64,000 nucleotides of DNA from Azolla caroliniana (lineage: Eukaryota; Plantae; Polypodiophyta). Of the stretch, positions 1 to 10,545 are shown one piece after another. The position numbers and the translations under genes were made by a program. Below the pieces are notes generated by a model that saw only the letters and a program-made list of their open reading frames with translations, was not told the DNA's origin and ran no database searches. How positions within the stretch are numbered: position 1 is the first letter of the stretch; each line of letters starts with the position of its first letter. The DNA lies in the NCBI GenBank assembly GCA_043228905.1, contig JBHGNT010000010.1, positions 11,408,001 through 11,472,000 of the forward strand. Reading direction: 5' to 3'.

Positions 1-6
1 GAATGG

Positions 7-3000
7 GTGAAGGAAGCCAATGAAAGGAACGTCGCGGACGCGGAACGGCAAAAGGCGAATACCATAGGGAGTGCCGGCGGTAGCCACGCAGAAAACGAGA
101 CATGGCAAGTACTGCAAGAATGTCAGATCACGTTGCCATTAGGAAGACTCTTGCAGCTCGTGCCGCGATTTACGGAAGGACTAAAAACGGTCATGACAGA
201 CGGTATAGCCCCACCGGCACCAGTCCTCTTCTCGAATCCGGAGGAGGGACCGACGGTGGTGGACACTAGTAGTCCGGTGATTACAACTATTGTCAAAGGG
301 CACGAACTTCCCGGCACAGTAATCGATGGAGGTTCCGGGGTGAACGTAATAAGCCTCCGCACGTGTGATGCCTTGGGTATACATGAATGGGAGCCATGTC
401 CGTTCTGGCTACGGATGGCGGATACGAGCTCTGTACGGCCGACGGGCTTAATACGGAAATTGGAAGTCACCATAGGAGGTCACACATTTCACATCTCGGC
501 TGTAGTGCTGCAGCTACAGGCGCAAGGCGCGTACCCACTGTTGCTGGGCAGACCATGGTTGAAAATAGCACACATCAAGCAAAATTGGCGGAAAAATATG
601 ATTACCTTCCGGCGCGGAAAAGCCAAGGTCCGGGTACCGACACAACCACGGACGAGCAACGGTAAGGAATGCACACCGTTGTATGCGGAATGCGTGAACA
701 TGCTTGAAGCGTTGGCAGACGACGAAGAAGCCCAGTACTTGGAGGAACACCCGAAGATCGTACCACTTTTCGAGATTGACGTGGCTGAAGCCGTAGCGCC
801 ATACTTGCCGCAGCGGGACGAAACCGAAGCCGAACCAGACAAAGATTCGATTCGAGAATTACGGCAAGCACAGGAAGCGTTGGAACGGGAAATGGCCGTT
901 TCCCAACGGGTAAAAACATCCCAGCTCGACGAAGTGAACCTAGGAAGCAAGGACGAATCAAAGCCGGTACACATCGCCAAAGAAATGAAGCCGAAAGATA
1001 AAGCGGCAATGATTAAACTTCTCACGGAGTTTCGCGACGTATTCGCCTGGTCATACGAAGACATGCGAGGGCTGGACCCTCAATTATATCAGCATCAGAT
1101 CCACTTAGGCAAGGACGCGAAACCAGTGGCGCAAAGACGTTACCGAATGAACCCCAACTACGCCGCCAAAGTGAAGGAGGAAATCGACAAACTCCTAAGA
1201 GTGGGCTTCATCCGGCCGATAAAGAAAGCGACGTGGCTGAGCCCCATTGTCGTCGTCCCAAAGAAGAACGGTAAAATCCGCGTGTGTGTAGATTACAGGA
1301 AACTAAATGCAGCCACAATTACGGATGCATTCCCTCTTCCGTTCACGGATGGAGTACTGGATGCCGTCGCCGGCCATGAAGTTTATAGCTTTTTAGACGG
1401 GTTCAGCGGATACAATCAAATCCGGATGCACCCTGACGACCAGGAGAAGACAGCGTTCGTCACCGAATGGGGGGTGTTTGTGGCCGTAGTAATGATGTTC
1501 GAACTAAAAACGGCACCAGCAACTTTCCAGCGAATCATCATGGAGATCTTCGGCGAATACATTCCAGCCTTCATGCAGGTTTTCCTGGATGACTTTGCAG
1601 TCTATAGCCGGGAAAAAGACCATTTGCAGCACCTACGGTTATGCCTTGAAAAGTGTAGGTTATACCGGCTAAGCTTAAACCCAGCAAAATGCATCTTTGG
1701 GGTTTCAAGTGGAATCTTACTGGGACACATTGTAAGTAAGGAGGGCATTGCGGTCGACCCGGACAAAGTAAACGCGATACTAGGGGCACCGGCGCCGAAA
1801 ACGGCCAAAGCACTAAGCCGATTCTTAGGACAGATCCGGTGGCACAGCCGGATGCTCCGTCACTTGGCTGACTTGGCTACACCATTACACACCGCGGTAC
1901 ATCGGACACCGTTCCAATGGACGGATACGGAGGATAAGGCATACAATGCCCTGAAGGTACTTTTGTCGCAAGCACCCGTCGTGCAGCCTCCGGATTGGAG
2001 CAAGGAATTTCATGTGTTCGTGGACGCTTCCGACATCGCTATCGGCAGCGCCTTAATGCAACTTACGGAGCCTAAATGGTACCGGCCGGTATATTACGCC
2101 AGCCGGAAGCTGTCCCAAGCGGAGAAGAACTATTCGACTACGGAACGGGAGGCCCTGGGCATGATCTACAGTGTAACAAAGTTTCGTCATTACCTATTGG
2201 GAAGGAAGTTCTCCTTTCATGTGGATCACTCGGCGCTCCTGTACTTAGTGTCCAAGGCGTCCCTGACCGATAAGTTGGCCCGTTGGACCTTGCTGTTGCA
2301 GGAGTTCGAATTCGAGATCTTCCACCGGCCCGGTATCCAGCATGCCGTAGCAGACTACCTGAGCCGGTTAGAGTCCGGAGAATCAGGCGACGGAGTATCG
2401 GATGAATTCCCGGACGCAGAGTTATTCCGTATCACCTCGGAAACGGCAGCGGACGACACGGTGGCATCAGAAGATAGGTGGCTGACAAACATGCACCAGT
2501 TCCTAAGCACGGGCCTGCCACCGGAGGAAATGAACCGGGACGAGAGGAAACGACTGGCGGTGCAGAGCCGCAATTTCTGTCTGTTACGGGACACTCTCTA
2601 CCACAAGGGAGCAGATGGAATATGGAGACGGGCAGTCCGTAGTGACGAGAAACAAGTAATCTTACGGGAAGCACATTGTGGGGTTGCCGGAGGACACTAT
2701 GCCGGGGAAGCGACGGCAAAGAAAGTATGGCAGAGCGGCTTATGGTGGCCCACGACGTTAAAAGACGCCGTCAAGTATGCTAAGGAATGTGACCTATGCC
2801 AACGAATGGGCCAGCCTACAGAGCAAGCACGTATGCCACACCAACCGGTACTTCCACTAGAGCCATTCCAAAAGTGGGGGTTGGATTTTGTCGGACCGTT
2901 CAAGCCACCGGCAATGAGAACAGGTAATCGTTATGTCATCGTGGCAACAGATTATTGCACTAAATGGGTGGAGGCTAAGGCCTTGAGAGACAACACCGCG

Positions 3001-3900
3001 TCATCCACAGCAAAATTCCTGTACGAGAACATTTGGTGCCGATATGGATGTCCGATTGAATTAATCAGCGACCAAGGAGGGCACTTCCTCGGCCAGGTAG
3101 TTGAAAGCTTAACAACGTTCTATGCCGTGGTCCATAAACGGAGCACACCGTACTACCCACAAGCAAACGGGTTAGCAGAGTCAACCAACAAAACGCTCCA
3201 GAACATTCTCCGCAAAATCGTCAATGAAAACCGGACGGACTGGGATACAAAGCTCCATAGCGCGCTATGGGCGTACCGAACGGCATACAAAACAAGTATC
3301 CAGACAACGTTGTTCCGGTTAGCGTTCGGCTTAGAGGCGGTCATGCCGGTGGAATTTCAGGTACCAAGCTTACGGATCCAACTACGGGAACGGCTGAATG
3401 AAAAGGAGTCGGAGGAAATGCGGCTAGCAGCACTATGCGAACTGGAGGAGCAACGGTTGGCCAGCATCCTACACATGGAACTGGAGCAACGACGACGGAA
3501 AGCGTTCGTTGACCGTCACCGGAAAGGTAATGAGAAGATGTTCGAAATCCGAAAGCCGGTGCTAGTATTCCAAACGAGGATGGGCAAGATGCTGGGTAAA
3601 CTCCGGTTTAGATGGACAGGCCCGTATTGGCTGACACGGGAATACAACGGGTCCTATCAGTTAGGGACACTTGCCGGTGAAGTGCTAGGCAAGTGGGTCA
3701 ACGGATTTAGACTAAAGCCCTATAAAGGACCGATGCCAAGTAACCCGTTTATGCAGCCCACCGGCACTATACCGGGAACCTGTCCGGGAACGGTATGGAT
3801 GGAAGAAAAAGACGACGGGGAACCCGTAGCAGAAGCGAAGGAAGACACGGCAACCCGTAAGGAAAACGGTAAGGGTCCGAAGGGACCTACGGATGTGTAA
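7..3900 (+). CDS. pol: Gypsy pol polyprotein (protease, RT, RNase H, integrase), 5'-truncated by the window
   Basis: Protease VIDGGSGVNVI, RT LDGFSGYNQI and FLDDF, RNase H VDASD..TEREAL..VDH, integrase HHCC zinc finger, WGLDFVGP, ISDQGGHF, NGLAE, and WTGPY (GPY/F). 1297 codons with no stop. Confidence 0.96.
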   Translation: MKEANERNVADAERQKANTIGSAGGSHAENETWQVLQECQITLPLGRLLQLVPRFTEGLKTVMTDGIAPPAPVLFSNPEEGPTVVDTSSPVITTIVKGHELPGTVIDGGSGVNVISLRTCDALGIHEWEPCPFWLRMADTSSVRPTGLIRKLEVTIGGHTFHISAVVLQLQAQGAYPLLLGRPWLKIAHIKQNWRKNMITFRRGKAKVRVPTQPRTSNGKECTPLYAECVNMLEALADDEEAQYLEEHPKIVPLFEIDVAEAVAPYLPQRDETEAEPDKDSIRELRQAQEALEREMAVSQRVKTSQLDEVNLGSKDESKPVHIAKEMKPKDKAAMIKLLTEFRDVFAWSYEDMRGLDPQLYQHQIHLGKDAKPVAQRRYRMNPNYAAKVKEEIDKLLRVGFIRPIKKATWLSPIVVVPKKNGKIRVCVDYRKLNAATITDAFPLPFTDGVLDAVAGHEVYSFLDGFSGYNQIRMHPDDQEKTAFVTEWGVFVAVVMMFELKTAPATFQRIIMEIFGEYIPAFMQVFLDDFAVYSREKDHLQHLRLCLEKCRLYRLSLNPAKCIFGVSSGILLGHIVSKEGIAVDPDKVNAILGAPAPKTAKALSRFLGQIRWHSRMLRHLADLATPLHTAVHRTPFQWTDTEDKAYNALKVLLSQAPVVQPPDWSKEFHVFVDASDIAIGSALMQLTEPKWYRPVYYASRKLSQAEKNYSTTEREALGMIYSVTKFRHYLLGRKFSFHVDHSALLYLVSKASLTDKLARWTLLLQEFEFEIFHRPGIQHAVADYLSRLESGESGDGVSDEFPDAELFRITSETAADDTVASEDRWLTNMHQFLSTGLPPEEMNRDERKRLAVQSRNFCLLRDTLYHKGADGIWRRAVRSDEKQVILREAHCGVAGGHYAGEATAKKVWQSGLWWPTTLKDAVKYAKECDLCQRMGQPTEQARMPHQPVLPLEPFQKWGLDFVGPFKPPAMRTGNRYVIVATDYCTKWVEAKALRDNTASSTAKFLYENIWCRYGCPIELISDQGGHFLGQVVESLTTFYAVVHKRSTPYYPQANGLAESTNKTLQNILRKIVNENRTDWDTKLHSALWAYRTAYKTSIQTTLFRLAFGLEAVMPVEFQVPSLRIQLRERLNEKESEEMRLAALCELEEQRLASILHMELEQRRRKAFVDRHRKGNEKMFEIRKPVLVFQTRMGKMLGKLRFRWTGPYWLTREYNGSYQLGTLAGEVLGKWVNGFRLKPYKGPMPSNPFMQPTGTIPGTCPGTVWMEEKDDGEPVAEAKEDTATRKENGKGPKGPTDV

Positions 3901-4594
3901 GATCACATACCGTCATTAAAAAAAAAAAAAAAAAGAAATCATTAAAAATCGAGGTATGAACGGACGTGAAAGCAAGGAGCGAAAAGGTACGTAGTGGGCA
4001 TTTAAGAGCCGCCACGTTACTTAATACTAAATTGGTACACGACGTGCGCATGCTCGGAAAAGGCGCCAAGACGCACAGAGAAAAAGCAGAACGCATGGAG
4101 ACCTTTTCATTTCGCGAGCCAAGAAGCACAGAAGCACCAAGGCAGTGGAAGCTTATCAGACGCGAACCTGCACTCAGAGAACCCCCACGTTCGGAACTCT
4201 CTCTCTCTCGCTCTCACTCTCATCACCACTCTACCTCGCCATCTTTCCTTGACCTCGAAGCAGACATGGACCCACAAACGCTGTCGGAAGCGGCCAGGAA
4301 ATGGCTCAGGCAACACGGACTGGATGGGTTCCTGACCATCATGGAGGCACCACCGCACAAAGAAGCCGACCGGGTCATCAAGGAGCTCGACACAGAAGTC
4401 ATCACCGAGGAAGCGATCCGTGCGCTAACAGGCCTTCCGGAGGGAGGTATTTTTCAGATCGATAACCCAACCTTGGAGCAACTCATCCGATATTTCGGTG
4501 AGTAATCTCTAGCCGGCAAAGGCTATCGAACGCAGGGCGGCGAAGATCCGCTATTCAGGGAGATAGCTCGAGTGCTCCATAAGTACGGCCACGT

Positions 4595-5452
4595 TGTCGT
4601 GCCTTTCGGCTCCGGATCGTTGCGTGAGTCGGGTGGGAACCGCCGAGGTTTTGGACTAGGAGGAGGAAGAATTTGAGGCTAATCTAGTTATGAATATGAA
4701 TAGATTATAAGAAAGAGATATAGAAACTTGTGAATCCCACAAGTATAATTGTTTTAGTTTATCTAAATCGTAGTAATAAATTGAAATAATTTAGAATAGA
4801 TTAGAGTAGATTGAGAAAAGAGATCAAACCTTGTGAATCCCACAAGTATTACATTAATCAATATTTATGTAAGAATATGAATTTAGATTGAAAGAGATAG
4901 ATTATCTTAAACTTCGTGAATCCCACGAGTATATTTTATTGATTGTTGGTGTTTTAGGAAATATATCCAATTTCCCAAATATTTCACACACCTATTACAT
5001 TGTGCTCCCCATCCTTATGTAGTGATGGGAGAGACTAAGCATAACTACATGCTTTTTTAATCCTTGCTTTTATTTGCTAAATATAGTGCTCATGCACGCT
5101 AGATGTGCATGAGTCACTTTTTAGTCGCTTGCGTTTTTCTATAAAATATTCACGCACTCTAAAAATACATGATTTACCTTTTAATAAAGGTAGGCGCAAA
5201 TAAAGCACTTATAGTTATTAAATCTATTTATAGAACACTAAAGATAAGGTAGCATAATGGTAAAGTTGAAGTTTGGCTACGTGGAGGTACAAGGTTCAAA
5301 TCTTGCCCTATGCACGTGATAAATATCTTGATATTCTTATTTTATTTATTGGTGATAAATATCTTAATATTCTTATTTTATTTATTTATATGTAATTAAA
5401 TCGGTTATATTATTTTTACTTTTTCACGTAGTGTACGAAATACACTACGACA
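4595..5452 (-). repeat. 3' LTR of the gag-only element
   Basis: Direct repeat of 7306-8163, adjacent to the PPT. Confidence 0.95.
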
Positions 5453-7288
5453 CTCGCCCCCTCCGAACCCGCACATCCTCCGGTATGTGCCGAAGTTGCC
5501 GATGCTCGTTGTCTCCCCTTCATCCTCCGTTTGTCCCGCTATGTCAACTTTGTCTCTCCATTTTGAGTAGACCCATTCTTTCCACCCGAACCATTGTCGC
5601 CATCCGATCCACCATATTCTTTGTTCTCTCTCATCATATTCTTGGCCCTTGTCATTCGTGGTAGTGTCTTTTACTGGCCTCTTTCTTGTCTTCATTAACC
5701 TTGACTTTTTTCCGGATCGCTCTCGTCCGATCGACTTTTGGTTTGATCGGCTTCCATCCATATTCGCGTTCGGCCAAGTCAGACTCGGTCGATCGGTTTT
5801 GACCGATTCGACCCCTTTTCGGGTCGGCTTTCTTTCGGGTCGTCTTTCGGCCGAATCCTCATTCGCCCGGTTCGGCTTTCGTTTGTGTCGTCTTTCGGCC
5901 GAATTCTCTTCCTTTCGGTTCGGCTTTATTTCGGGTCGACTTTCGGTCGAATCCTCTTTTACCCGGTTCGGCTTTCTTTCGGATCGGAATCCCATCCGGA
6001 TCACCTTCCATCCAAACCGGCTTCCGACTTTACCTTTCTTGCCGCCACCTCCCGTCTCTCCGGTCTCACGTTGCTTCTCAGACACAACCGCCGAAGTCTC
6101 TAGGATTAGTGGGCAGGAATCCTCGGTATTATCATCCTCCGTTGTTTCACCCATAGCCATATTCTCGGCTATCTCTCCGTCATACACATCAGCTTCGACC
6201 TTTGTTTTCTCTCCGCCACCTTCCGTCTCTTCGGTCTCACGTTGCCTTTCGAACGCAACCGCCGGAGTCTCTAGAATCAGTGGTGGGGAAGTCTCGATAT
6301 GGCCATCCGTCGTTGATTCGTCCATAGCCACCTTCGATTCGATGTCATCTTTCGTGGCGACCTCCTCAATCAAGTCCTCCTTGCTCTCTTTCACTGCATC
6401 AATTATGCAAACATCAATTATGCTTACCCCTTTTTCACCCGATGTTTCGGACACTTGTATTCTGAAATCTTCTTCTACACTTGGGTTATCGGCCTTATCC
6501 TTTGTCGTTGTTCTTTCGCAAGACAAGAGGGTAGCTTGTTTTACACCCTCTTCCGTCACACCATCATGTTGTATTTCGGCCTTCATATCGGCTCCATCGT
6601 TTGTCTTCAATCGACCATCCTTCATCGGCCATGTCGTTGACAAGATTCTCATCTTCCTCTCATCATGTCTCCGGCATACCCTTTGGACTTCGGCCCAATT
6701 TTCGGTAAGACCATTCGTACCGTCATCGTCTTCGAGTTCGATCCCGATGTCCATCCTTTCTTTTCGATCGATCGATTTTACGAACATTAGGACTTTATCC
6801 TCTCCCACCAATCGTTGTTCCCGCTCCGAGAGTCGAGCAAAACGATGCTCGAACTCTAGGAATGCTTGTGTTGCACTTCGGTGGGTCTTCTTCGATGCCA
6901 CCCATTCGTCGAATTCTCGCCGATCTTGTCCCTTCGATCTCTTGTAATCATATGACTCTCGTAAAGCTTCTTCGAATGATCCCCATGTCGAGTTTTGTTG
7001 TCGTATCTTGTGGATTCTCTCTTGTAGCTCATCCGTGGCTACCCGATTGAAGGATGTCACTTGCAATCCTTCCGGTATCCCACATCGTATCATCTCCGCC
7101 TTGTAGTCACGTAGATAGCGTGACACATCGCTTCCGTTGAATTGTCCGTTTCGTTGTACGAGCTGCTTTACTGCCCCCGTGATCTCCGACATCACTCGTT
7201 GTTCTTGTAGCATTCGCTCGAACATCATCATCATCGTTATGCTCATTGCCTCTTGTTGATTCTCCATCTCCTTGCCACCCGCCTTCAC
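5405..7288 (-). CDS. Gag-like protein (627 aa from GTG; first ATG near 7267) with an acidic and repetitive tail reading into the 3' LTR
   Basis: N-terminal FNGSDVSRYLRDY..W.SFEEALRESY resembles retrotransposon gag; repeats such as RKPNR..EDS.E.R and PLILET.AV..E.QRET.ET.GGG. Confidence 0.75.
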   Translation of the reverse strand: MKAGGKEMENQQEAMSITMMMMFERMLQEQRVMSEITGAVKQLVQRNGQFNGSDVSRYLRDYKAEMIRCGIPEGLQVTSFNRVATDELQERIHKIRQQNSTWGSFEEALRESYDYKRSKGQDRREFDEWVASKKTHRSATQAFLEFEHRFARLSEREQRLVGEDKVLMFVKSIDRKERMDIGIELEDDDGTNGLTENWAEVQRVCRRHDERKMRILSTTWPMKDGRLKTNDGADMKAEIQHDGVTEEGVKQATLLSCERTTTKDKADNPSVEEDFRIQVSETSGEKGVSIIDVCIIDAVKESKEDLIEEVATKDDIESKVAMDESTTDGHIETSPPLILETPAVAFERQRETEETEGGGEKTKVEADVYDGEIAENMAMGETTEDDNTEDSCPLILETSAVVSEKQRETGETGGGGKKGKVGSRFGWKVIRMGFRSERKPNRVKEDSTESRPEIKPNRKEENSAERRHKRKPNRANEDSAERRPERKPTRKGVESVKTDRPSLTWPNANMDGSRSNQKSIGRERSGKKSRLMKTRKRPVKDTTTNDKGQEYDEREQRIWWIGWRQWFGWKEWVYSKWRDKVDIAGQTEDEGETTSIGNFGTYRRMCGFGGGECRSVFRTLREKVKII

Positions 7289-7301
7289 GTCGGGTTCACC
7301 A
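7284..7301 (-). promoter_or_regulatory. Primer-binding site, tRNA-Trp type
   Basis: Minus strand reads TGGTGAACCCGACGTGAA, 4 nt after the 5' LTR; complementary to the plant tRNA-Trp 3' end as recalled (..TTCACGTCGGGTTCACCA). Confidence 0.85.
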
Positions 7302-7305
7302 ACTG

Positions 7306-8163
7306 TGTCGTGCCTTTCGGCTCCGGATCGTTGCGTGAGTCGGGTGGGAACCGCCGAGGTTTTGGACTAGGAGGAGGAAGAATTTGAGGCTAATCTAGTT
7401 ATGAATATGAATAGATTATAAGAAAGAGATATAGAAACTTGTGAATCCCACAAGTATAATTGTTTTAGTTTATCTAAATCGTAGTAATAAATTGAAATAA
7501 TTTAGAATAGATTAGAGTAGATTGAGAAAAGAGATCAAACCTTGTGAATCCCACAAGTATTACATTAATCAATATTTATGTAAGAATATGAATTTAGATT
7601 GAAAGAGATAGATTATCTTAAACTTCGTGAATCCCACGAGTATATTTTATTGATTGTTGGTGTTTTAGGAAATATATCCAATTTCCCAAATATTTCACAC
7701 ACCTATTACATTGTGCTCCCCATCCTTATGTAGTGATGGGAGAGACTAAGCATAACTACATGCTTTTTTAATCCTTGCTTTTATTTGCTAAATATAGTGC
7801 TCATGCACGCTAGATGTGCATGAGTCACTTTTTAGTCGCTTGCGTTTTTCTATAAAATATTCACGCACTCTAAAAATACATGATTTACCTTTTAATAAAG
7901 GTAGGCGCAAATAAAGCACTTATAGTTATTAAATCTATTTATAGAACACTAAAGATAAGGTAGCATAATGGTAAAGTTGAAGTTTGGCTACGTGGAGGTA
8001 CAAGGTTCAAATCTTGCCCTATGCACGTGATAAATATCTTGATATTCTTATTTTATTTATTGGTGATAAATATCTTAATATTCTTATTTTATTTATTTAT
8101 ATGTAATTAAATCGGTTATATTATTTTTACTTTTTCACGTAGTGTACGAAATACACTACGACA
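7306..8163 (-). repeat. 5' LTR of the gag-only element
   Basis: Direct repeat of 4595-5452, adjacent to the PBS. Confidence 0.95.
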
Positions 8164-10545
8164 ACGTGTACCCCCGACCCCCTGTCATGCCAAAAAATCG
8201 GGCAGGGATGATCATAGCCACCTATGAAGGGATCAAGGTAGACTGGCCGGTGTTGATTGCAGACGGTTTGTGCGCGGCAATCGACATGGTACGAGGAAAG
8301 GACGGCAAGGAGGGCCGGAAGCTGTGGCATGCCGTAGCTCAGTGGATAACATTGCTCGTGCCGCCGGTCGAGACCGTTCAGCCAAAGAAGCGGCCAAGAT
8401 TATCGGAAGGAAGCACCTCGAAGCCCGCGTCCAAACGACAGCAGCTGCTGGCGTCGAAGGCGACGAAAGGGAAGAAACGGCTCCCAGAACCGGAGGAGGT
8501 GTCACCGGTCCTACCCGTTAAGATAACCATACGGCGACCGGGACAGAAGGAACCGGAACCCTTGACGGCACAGATACATGTCGTTACCCAAGAAGAGGAA
8601 ACGGAGGAGCCAGTAGAGCACCTCCAACGACGGTCAAGAAGTAGGACCGCCGGGACAGCGGGGGAGCGTTCGGACCCGCAAAAGGAAGAAACGCCCCCAA
8701 CTCAACCTGAGCAAACCGCAAGGGAGGAACCGGAACCGGTGCGTATAGAACCGGCCTTGTCGACTTCTATACAAGAAGTCATTCCAACGGCTCCGGAGAC
8801 GGCGAGAACCGGAACTCAACAGCCGGCGAGCCCAGCCAGCACACACAGCGGCCAAGGAGTAGAACCAGAACGGCAGATACAGGCACTCAAGCCAGACAAT
8901 TCCACAATGAACGAGCCGACCCGACCAGTACAGCAGCAAGGCACCAGTAGCATGTGGCTACGGTGGGTAGGCGAGCAGATCGCCGGAGCGGTCGAGTACA
9001 TAGAGGCGAAGGAGAGAGCGCACCACAAACGGTTGCTCGTCACAACCGTAGATCTAGAGACGGCCCGGTCCAGAATCCGGAGCCTTGAACAAGACTTGGA
9101 CAGGGTCACAAGGGAAATGGCTCAATTGGCTTTGACAACACAAGTCCAAGCACCGGTGACTCCGGGCAATGTACAGAATAAAGCGTCAGATCAACCTGTA
9201 CATAGCAATCAGACCCCGGCAACGGAAATCGTTTCGGAGAGAAATGCGGCACAAGCCCAAGAGCTTGCGGACTTAAAGGATGAGCTAGCTGCCCAAGAAG
9301 CGTTGAGGAGCCGCGAAAGAGAGTTGAAGACGGCAGCGGAGGCAGAACTTAAAAAGACTGCTGAGAATCTACGCCGGGCCGAGGAGAGCTTACGAAAAGG
9401 CCACCAAGCGTACGACCGGCTCAAGGAGGAGAGGGAGAAAATGCTGCAAGAGAAGGACAGGCTCCGGAGAAACGCCGAAACAGAAGTAGAGCGCCTGAAA
9501 GAGGAACTCAGGCAGCTAAAGGACCGGGAGGACCGGAACTATCGCCAGATCAACGGCAAGCTCAAACAAAAAACGGAGGAATTTGAGCACTTGCACCGGG
9601 AGTATAAACGGTTGCAAACGGAGCACAAGGAACGGACGGATGAGCTCCGGCAAGCAGTTGATCGGACCGCAACGGCATACGCTAATGAACAAGCGGAAAC
9701 CAGAAGACGGTTGGAAGATGCGGAGAAGGTTCGGACAGAGCTCCTCAGGCAACAGCAGGCGGAAAAAGAAAGAGCGGCGGAGGTACTGCAGAGGCTGCAA
9801 ACAACATATCAAGGGCAGCTGACGCGCTACAGAGAGCAGGCGGAGGATACGGCTAATCTCATCAAGCAGTTGAAGGAGGAACGACAAGTTGTGGAAAGTA
9901 GAGCGCAAATGGGAGCAAGTCGCATCCAGGATATCATGCGGGCCTGGTTGAACCAGACCAAGAGCTTGATTGACAACGGTTCCGTCAAATGGTGGACCAA
10001 GTGGGCCACGAACGCGGCGGAACTCCAATTGCTCCGGGCCGACGTAGAGAACCGGCGGAAGGAGGGAGATGATTGCTATATGCTGACTTCCGAAGACTTC
10101 ACCGGCATAAGAGATGAGCTGGCCGAAGACTTTCAAGCCTTGGCAGAGGACCAACTAGGGCAAGTCCGGCAACTTGTAGCTCAGCTGGACGACGACAGGC
10201 TGGAGGCGCAGATCCAGTTTGAAAGCTACGAGAGGTCCCGGATCCGGGAAGAGAAAGCACGAGAACCGGTTACGGTCAACCTCAGTGATGAGGAACCGTT
10301 ACTGGAAGGAGACCGGACCGGAAGCAGTCAAACGGAGATGCCGGAGTCAGAGAAACAAACGGAGCAGCCGGATCAGTCTCAGTCCCAACCGCAACCACAG
10401 CAGCAGCAACAAGCACAGCCGCAACAACCACAACCGGAAGAACAATTGGAAATTCTAGAACAAAGTATTTTGGACAATTTGGGTGAACAATGAAGGGGCC
10501 GAGAAGGGTTCGACGTACAAGGTACTGTCCCACGGGCGTGCCATG

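Larger units (their letters stand above)
4595..8163 (-). mobile_element. Non-autonomous gag-only LTR retrotransposon (TR-GAG-like), recent insertion
   Basis: Two 858-bp TG..CA LTRs (4595-5452, 7306-8163), identical by eye; 4-bp TSD ACGT (4591-4594, 8164-8167); PBS at 7284-7301; PPT GGAGGGGGCGAG(-) at 5453-5464; one internal ORF and no pol motifs. Confidence 0.93.
4266..10493 (+). pseudogene. Extra 3' ORF of gypsy copy A, join(4266..4594,8168..10493), about 884 aa: conserved N-terminal domain plus long coiled coil; one premature stop at 4503-4505
   Basis: Removing the 4595-8163 insertion and one ACGT copy restores the frame (..KYGHV|YPRPP..). The N-terminal ~200 aa align with ORF 11603..12247(-) of copy B (ITEEAIRALTGL vs VTEGAVQALTGI; YEGIKVDW vs YEGLQIDW). 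Confidence 0.85.

Noticed and set aside
5247-5310. Functional tRNA genes here and at 50345-50403
   Set aside because: A and B boxes are present but I could not build acceptor and anticodon stems; both lie inside LTRs.
5649-6947. 432-aa Ser/Phe-rich plus-strand ORF and the many other antisense ORFs over gag/pol
   Set aside because: Shadow ORFs of purine-rich coding strands.
8142-10493. Independent 783-aa gene
   Set aside because: Its start codon is in the inserted LTR; it is the 3' part of the ORF starting at 4266.
10491-10545. 3' LTR of copy A starting at TGAAGGGGCCG (10491)
   Set aside because: A start at 10546 matches the 7-nt + GGCCG pattern and ~420-bp length of sister LTRs, and the intervening motif lies outside the LTR in the 52125 element.
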